From Planctomycetota bacterium (GTDB lineage Bacteria > Planctomycetota > MHYJ01 > WSZJ01), in assembly GCA_038060895.1 (NCBI GenBank), contig JBBTCT010000034.1:32001-96000 (forward strand): 64,000 bases of DNA, given 5' to 3'. Numbering within the stretch: the stretch's first letter is position 1; each line of letters begins with the position of its first letter. Of the stretch, positions 59,550 through 64,000 are shown in pieces. The translations under genes and the position numbers were made by a program. Below the pieces are notes generated by a model. The model had not been told where the DNA came from. It did no database searches and saw only the letters and a list, made by a program, of their open reading frames with translations.

Positions 59550-60290
59550 TCACCGGCTCCGTCCTTCCGGCTCCCGCACTCCGACGTAGAGGCCGCGGTC
59601 GGGCATCAGTCCCCGTGTGAGAAAGCGCGCCTTCAGCCCGGCGGCGCGCATGATCGCGAGGAACCGGTCGGGCTCGAACAAGGCCAGTTCGTGCCGGTCG
59701 ACGAAGTGACGCACGGAGCCGCCCCGGTGCGCGACCAGGTAGTGCATGTCGATGATCGACAGCAGGCCGCGCACCCGGGACATCGTGACGCGCGCGATGC
59801 GGAGGTCCCCGTTGCCGAAGGTGCCGGCGAACGGCGCGCCGGGATGAAAAGCCTTGCGGGAAAACCACGGCTCGATGATCGCGACGCCCCCGGGCACGAG
59901 GTGGCGGGCGATCCCCTCGAGCGTCTTCCGAAGATTCGCATGCGTTTTCACGTAGCCGATCGAACTGAAGAGGCAGGTGATGACGTCGAACTTCCTGCCC
60001 AGGTCCAGCTTCGTCATGTCAGCGCGCCGGAACGTCACTCCGGGGACGTTCTTCCGGGCGACGGCCAGCATGCCGGGGTTGATGTCGGTCGCGGTCACCT
60101 CGAAGCGCTTCGATAGCGCCTTCGCGTGCTTGCCCGTGCCGCAGGCGACTTCCAGCAGCCGCCGGCCCGGCGAGCGCTTGTACCTGCGAATGAGAACCGC
60201 CAGCCGCGTGGCTTCGAAGTCGTAGTCCTTGAACGAGTAGATCGTGTCGTAGTAACGGGCGAGATCGCCGTAGATGCTGCGCCGCGACAT
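59550..60290 (-). CDS. Class I SAM-dependent methyltransferase
   Basis: YYDTIYSFKDY, LLEVACGTG, FDVITCLFSSIGY, HLVPGG. Confidence 0.9.
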   Translation of the reverse strand: MSRRSIYGDLARYYDTIYSFKDYDFEATRLAVLIRRYKRSPGRRLLEVACGTGKHAKALSKRFEVTATDINPGMLAVARKNVPGVTFRRADMTKLDLGRKFDVITCLFSSIGYVKTHANLRKTLEGIARHLVPGGVAIIEPWFSRKAFHPGAPFAGTFGNGDLRIARVTMSRVRGLLSIIDMHYLVAHRGGSVRHFVDRHELALFEPDRFLAIMRAAGLKARFLTRGLMPDRGLYVGVREPEGRSR

Positions 60291-60474
60291 GGAGCCTCCG
60301 ATCCGGGCCGCCCGGGCCGTCCTGCCTCAGGGCAGGTTTGGCGGCGGCTGAAGCGAGCATCCTAATCGACGCGACGACGTCCTTCGGTTTCGACGGGAAT
60401 TCCGGAATCCCGCGAAGAAATTCGGGGCGGTCCGGTCTATTCTCACGGAAGCCCGAAACCCGGAAGGATCGCCG

Positions 60475-62688
60475 ATGAACGTCTCCCCCGACCTCGTGAC
60501 GAAAGCCCAGCGCGGCGATCGCGCTTCGCTGGAAGCTCTCGTCGCGTCGGTCCAGGCCGACGTCTGGCGGCTCATGATCTCGCGGCTCGGCCGCGAGGAG
60601 GACGCCGCCGACGCGACCCAGGAGACGTTCCGGCAGGCGCTCGATTCCCTCGCCTCCCTACGCGATCCCTCCGCGTTCGCCGGCTGGCTCTGCCGGATCG
60701 CCCTGAACAAGGCCCACGACCTGAAACTGGCCCGCGACTCCGCGGCCCGGGACGTGAGAGCCCTCGGGGCACGCGCTTCCATGGAAACCAGCGAGGAGGC
60801 ATCCATGGTGGCGGAGAAAGCTGAAGCGTGCACGGCGGTGCGGGCGGCGGTGAAGGGACTGGACGAGGAGTTGAGGACGACGGTGGAGCTGCGGTACGAG
60901 CACGATTTGTCCTACGCGCAAATCGCGGAAGCGCTGGCGGTGCCGGAGGGGACGGTGGCGCGGAGGCTGCACACGGCGCACGAGCGGCTGCGGAAGGCGC
61001 TGGCGGGGGCGGGAGTGGTGATGGCGCTGGGAATGCTGGAGCGGGAGCTGGCCGCGGCGCCGCGGGTGGAGATGCCGGGGAGCGTGGCACGGCGGCTGGG
61101 CACGATGGCGCGGGGGCGGGGAGCGGCCGGCCCGGCCGTGACGCGCGGCGGCCGTGCGCGGAAATGGAGTGCCGTGGCGGCGCTCCTGCTGGCGGTCGGG
61201 GTGTTCTTCCTGCTGAGATCGCGCTTCAACCGCTCCGGCTCGTCCGAAGGGACGCCGGTCGCGTCCGCCCCGACGCCAGGCGTGGCGGACGGGGCGCCCG
61301 CGAAGACGGAGGAACCCCGTCCTCCGCAGGTTGCGCCGCCGGACGCTCCCGCGACGCCCGCCGCGACAACCGCGACACTTCACGGCAAGGTCACCGTCGG
61401 GCGCGGCGGCCCCGGTTTCGAGGGAGCGCTCCTCCTGTTCGAACGCGTCGAGGGGAAAAACGCGTGGAGGACGGTCGCGCGGACGACATCGGACGCGCAG
61501 GGCGAGTACCGCGTCGTGGTGCCCCCGGGGGACTATTTCGTCAGCATGAGCGCCCGCGGATATCCCGGAGTCATGGTCGACGCGACGCTCGGTGACACGC
61601 TCGCGGGCCTGGGATTCCGCTTCAACTCCGGTCTGCCCGGTCCCGCGATCCCCGTGGCCGCGGGGGCCGAGCTGACGCTCGACATCCCGCTCGAAGTGCG
61701 CCTCGCGCCGGCCATCGAGGTTCGCGGCCGCATCCTCGACGAACGCGGCTACCCGATCGCGGGGGCCACGATCCGTCCGCTCACGCAGCAGATGGGAGAG
61801 CGGGACCTCGAGGGGATCGCTACCTTCGGCGTCAACTACATGATCGAGGGCGAGCCCGAATACACCGGCATCACCGTCGGCGAGGACGGGCGCTTCAGCT
61901 TCCCCTGCGTTTTCCCGCGCGGCAATTTCTTCGTCGGCGTGAAGGCGAAGGGATACCCGGAAATCGAGAAGCGCATTCACCTGGCGAAGCAGGACGTGGA
62001 GATCGACTTCGTGCTGCAGAAAGGACTGTGCGTCGCGGGCCGGGTGGTGGACTCGAAGGGCCTTCCGGTCGCCGGGGCGCGCATTTTCGGCGTCGGGCAG
62101 CCTTATCAGGCGGGGAGGATGCTGCGGAACGACGGCCGCCCGCCCGCGGCGGACAAGGTGCAGGACACCGGCTGCACGACGGATGCGGACGGGAAATTCG
62201 AGGCGGAAGGCCTGGACTCGCGACTGAAGGCCATCGCGGTCCTCGCCGACGGGCACGGATGGGCGATGGCGGCTGTCCCCGCTGACCCGGCGCAGCCGAT
62301 CGAGATCGCGCTCCCGGGGGCGGACCTGTTCCTCTCGGGCGTGGTGCGCGACCCCGCGGGGGCCCCGGTGGAGGGCGCGATCGTGCAGGTCACCCAGATC
62401 TGGCTCGCCGACGGCGACGTGACAGCCTCGCTGATCTGGCCGTGCGACCTCCACCTGATTTCGCGGACGGTAAGCGGCCAGGCGCAATTCACCGGCGACG
62501 TCGAAAACGGAAAGCTCCTCGCGGCCCGCACCGGACCCGACGGGCGCTTCGCCATCCCCTCCCTCCCCGCCGGACGGCTCCGTGTCGCGGTGGGCGCCGA
62601 AGGATTCGAGGCGGAAGCGCAGACGCTGGAGCTGCCCGCGACCGCGAGCTTCTCGCTCACGCCGAAGAAGGTGCCTGTCCCGAAGTAA
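60475..62688 (+). CDS. ECF sigma-70 factor fused to TM helix and carboxypeptidase-regulatory-like repeats
   Basis: DAADATQETF, FAGWLCRIA, LSYAQIAEAL...GTVARRLH; GRVVDSKGLPVAGA-type repeats. Confidence 0.9.
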   Translation: MNVSPDLVTKAQRGDRASLEALVASVQADVWRLMISRLGREEDAADATQETFRQALDSLASLRDPSAFAGWLCRIALNKAHDLKLARDSAARDVRALGARASMETSEEASMVAEKAEACTAVRAAVKGLDEELRTTVELRYEHDLSYAQIAEALAVPEGTVARRLHTAHERLRKALAGAGVVMALGMLERELAAAPRVEMPGSVARRLGTMARGRGAAGPAVTRGGRARKWSAVAALLLAVGVFFLLRSRFNRSGSSEGTPVASAPTPGVADGAPAKTEEPRPPQVAPPDAPATPAATTATLHGKVTVGRGGPGFEGALLLFERVEGKNAWRTVARTTSDAQGEYRVVVPPGDYFVSMSARGYPGVMVDATLGDTLAGLGFRFNSGLPGPAIPVAAGAELTLDIPLEVRLAPAIEVRGRILDERGYPIAGATIRPLTQQMGERDLEGIATFGVNYMIEGEPEYTGITVGEDGRFSFPCVFPRGNFFVGVKAKGYPEIEKRIHLAKQDVEIDFVLQKGLCVAGRVVDSKGLPVAGARIFGVGQPYQAGRMLRNDGRPPAADKVQDTGCTTDADGKFEAEGLDSRLKAIAVLADGHGWAMAAVPADPAQPIEIALPGADLFLSGVVRDPAGAPVEGAIVQVTQIWLADGDVTASLIWPCDLHLISRTVSGQAQFTGDVENGKLLAARTGPDGRFAIPSLPAGRLRVAVGAEGFEAEAQTLELPATASFSLTPKKVPVPK

Positions 62689-62762
62689 GCCCTTGCGGGG
62701 TCGGAGCCGCAGCCGCCGTTTTCGTTTGTTCCGCCCCCGCGCCCCGGGCTACCCTGCCCCCC

Positions 62763-63536
62763 ATGCGTCCGACACTTCTCGCCATCGCCTGCCTCGCCGC
62801 CGCTTCCAGCGTCCTCGCGGAAACTCCCCAGCCCGCGAAAGGTGGAATCGCGTGGGAAGCGAGCTTCGACCAGGCGAAGACGAAGGCCGCCGGGGAGGGC
62901 AAGCTGCTCTTCGTCGAGTTCCTGACCGACGGCTGAAAAACGTGCGTCGAGATGGAGACGGACACCTGGCCGCGCGACGAAGTGAAGACGTTCCTGGCCG
63001 ACAAGGTGTGCGTCAAGGTCAACCCCGGGAAGGGTCCTGACCAGAAGAAGCGGATGGACGACTTCGGCGTGAAGACAGTGCCGGCGATGATCCTGATTTC
63101 GCCCGAGGGCCAGGAGCTGGTCCGCGCCGCCGGCAAGCCGGCGCCCGGCGCGTTCACCTCGTACTTCGTGAACCAGCGCTGGAACGACATGATCGCCACG
63201 GAGAAGGCGCAGGACTGGAAGGCGACCGCCGGGCATGCGTTCATCCTCAGGACCTGGTTCCCCGGCACCGAGGCCGCGAAACGCGCCGACGGCATCGTCG
63301 CTTCGCACGGCGAGCAGGCGGAATTCAAGGCGGCGCTAGAAGCGGCGAAGATCGCGAACGAGCGCGCGGTCCTGCTCGGCAAGGCCAACCTGCTGCTCCA
63401 GGACAAGAAGAAGGCCGAGGCGATCGACGCGTTCAAGGCGGTCATCGCCACGCATCCCGACAGCAAGGAAGCCGAGGCGGCGAAGGCGGCTTTGAAGAAG
63501 CTGGGGGTGAAGATGGACGCGCCTGGAAAGAAGTAG
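62763..63536 (+). CDS. Secreted thioredoxin-fold protein with TPR-like tail; putative selenoprotein (U-K-T-C)
   Basis: IAWEASFDQAKTKAAGEGKLLFVEFLTDG-TGA(62934)-KTCVEME, continuing in frame into ORF 62952-63536 (FGVKTVP cis-Pro loop). Confidence 0.85.
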
Positions 63537-63604
63537 TTGGAACTCGGGATGCAGACGCGCAGGGGTTCGCACCAATGTGGTGGAATTCTTTGGGGAGTTC
63601 ACGG

Positions 63605-64000
63605 GTGGAACCAGCGGCGCCTTCACCTGAAGCAGAGTCGTGCTCGGTTCCTCCCCCGAGCCAGTTTCACCCGATTACACGCTTCCTCCACGGCTTCTTG
63701 GCGATCGCAGGCACGCTGGCTGTTCTCCTCATGCTCTTTTGCGTCGTGCTCGAGATGACGACGACGCCCGGCGTTGCAGCGCTCAGCGTCTGGATCAGTG
63801 TCTTCTCCGCCACACTTGCCGCAGCGCACGTGTTGGGAGAGGCCAGGTCGGCGAAGCCTATTTCATGGGGTAGGTGGTTGGTCTTTGCTCTCGCTCAAGC
63901 AATCTTTGGGTACGAGCTATGGACAACCATCAGGGATACGACGGCGCAGCGAGTATTCCTTTGCGTGCTCCTTTCGGGCGGATTAATGCTGTTCATAGCC
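63605..64000 (+). CDS. Hypothetical membrane protein (3' truncated by window)
   Basis: Frame open to the window end with four hydrophobic segments; GGGGAG upstream of GTG; not in the supplied ORF track. Confidence 0.55.
   Translation, partial: MEPAAPSPEAESCSVPPPSQFHPITRFLHGFLAIAGTLAVLLMLFCVVLEMTTTPGVAALSVWISVFSATLAAAHVLGEARSAKPISWGRWLVFALAQAIFGYELWTTIRDTTAQRVFLCVLLSGGLMLFIA

Noticed and set aside
63623-63829. Minus-strand Cys-containing small ORF
   Set aside because: Antisense to a more plausible plus-strand membrane protein frame that runs off the window
1-64000. Genome-wide UGA reassignment (genetic code 4 or 25) to explain the in-frame TGAs
   Set aside because: TGA is clearly used as a stop, including ATGA-coupled junctions at 36091, 36690, 38160, 48861 and 51704; read-through cases fall only at Cys positions
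1-64000. tRNA (including selC), rRNA or riboswitch
   Set aside because: No cloverleaf or conserved RNA motif recognised by eye; a covariance-model search is needed to exclude them

Overview
High-GC bacterial DNA, most consistent with a planctomycete-like organism (ECF sigma fused to a membrane anchor and carboxypeptidase-regulatory domains, DUF1570-type peptidases, Ser/Thr kinase-FGE fusion). The only clear housekeeping gene is hisS (9790-11046). Downstream of it lies a mosaic of accessory cassettes punctuated by three degenerate copies of the hisS 3' end, one internal hisS fragment and duplicated ends of other local genes, with no integrase or transposase in the window. The first cassette is a lower-GC defence-type island: wHTH plus HEPN pair, SF1 helicase-Vsr-like nuclease, GIY-YIG, PRTase-fold protein plus NADAR, second GIY-YIG. 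Later cassettes carry TA modules, a GT2-radical SAM-kinase operon, a C39 peptidase with a double-glycine substrate, and a FAAL-ACP-reductase. Three unrelated exported protein families have an in-frame TGA exactly at an expected Cys (two UxxC thioredoxin-fold families and a TIMP/NTR-like domain with a SECIS-like hairpin), suggesting selenoproteins, one possibly of a new family. Many genes look leaderless. All family assignments come from motif recognition by eye, without database searches.
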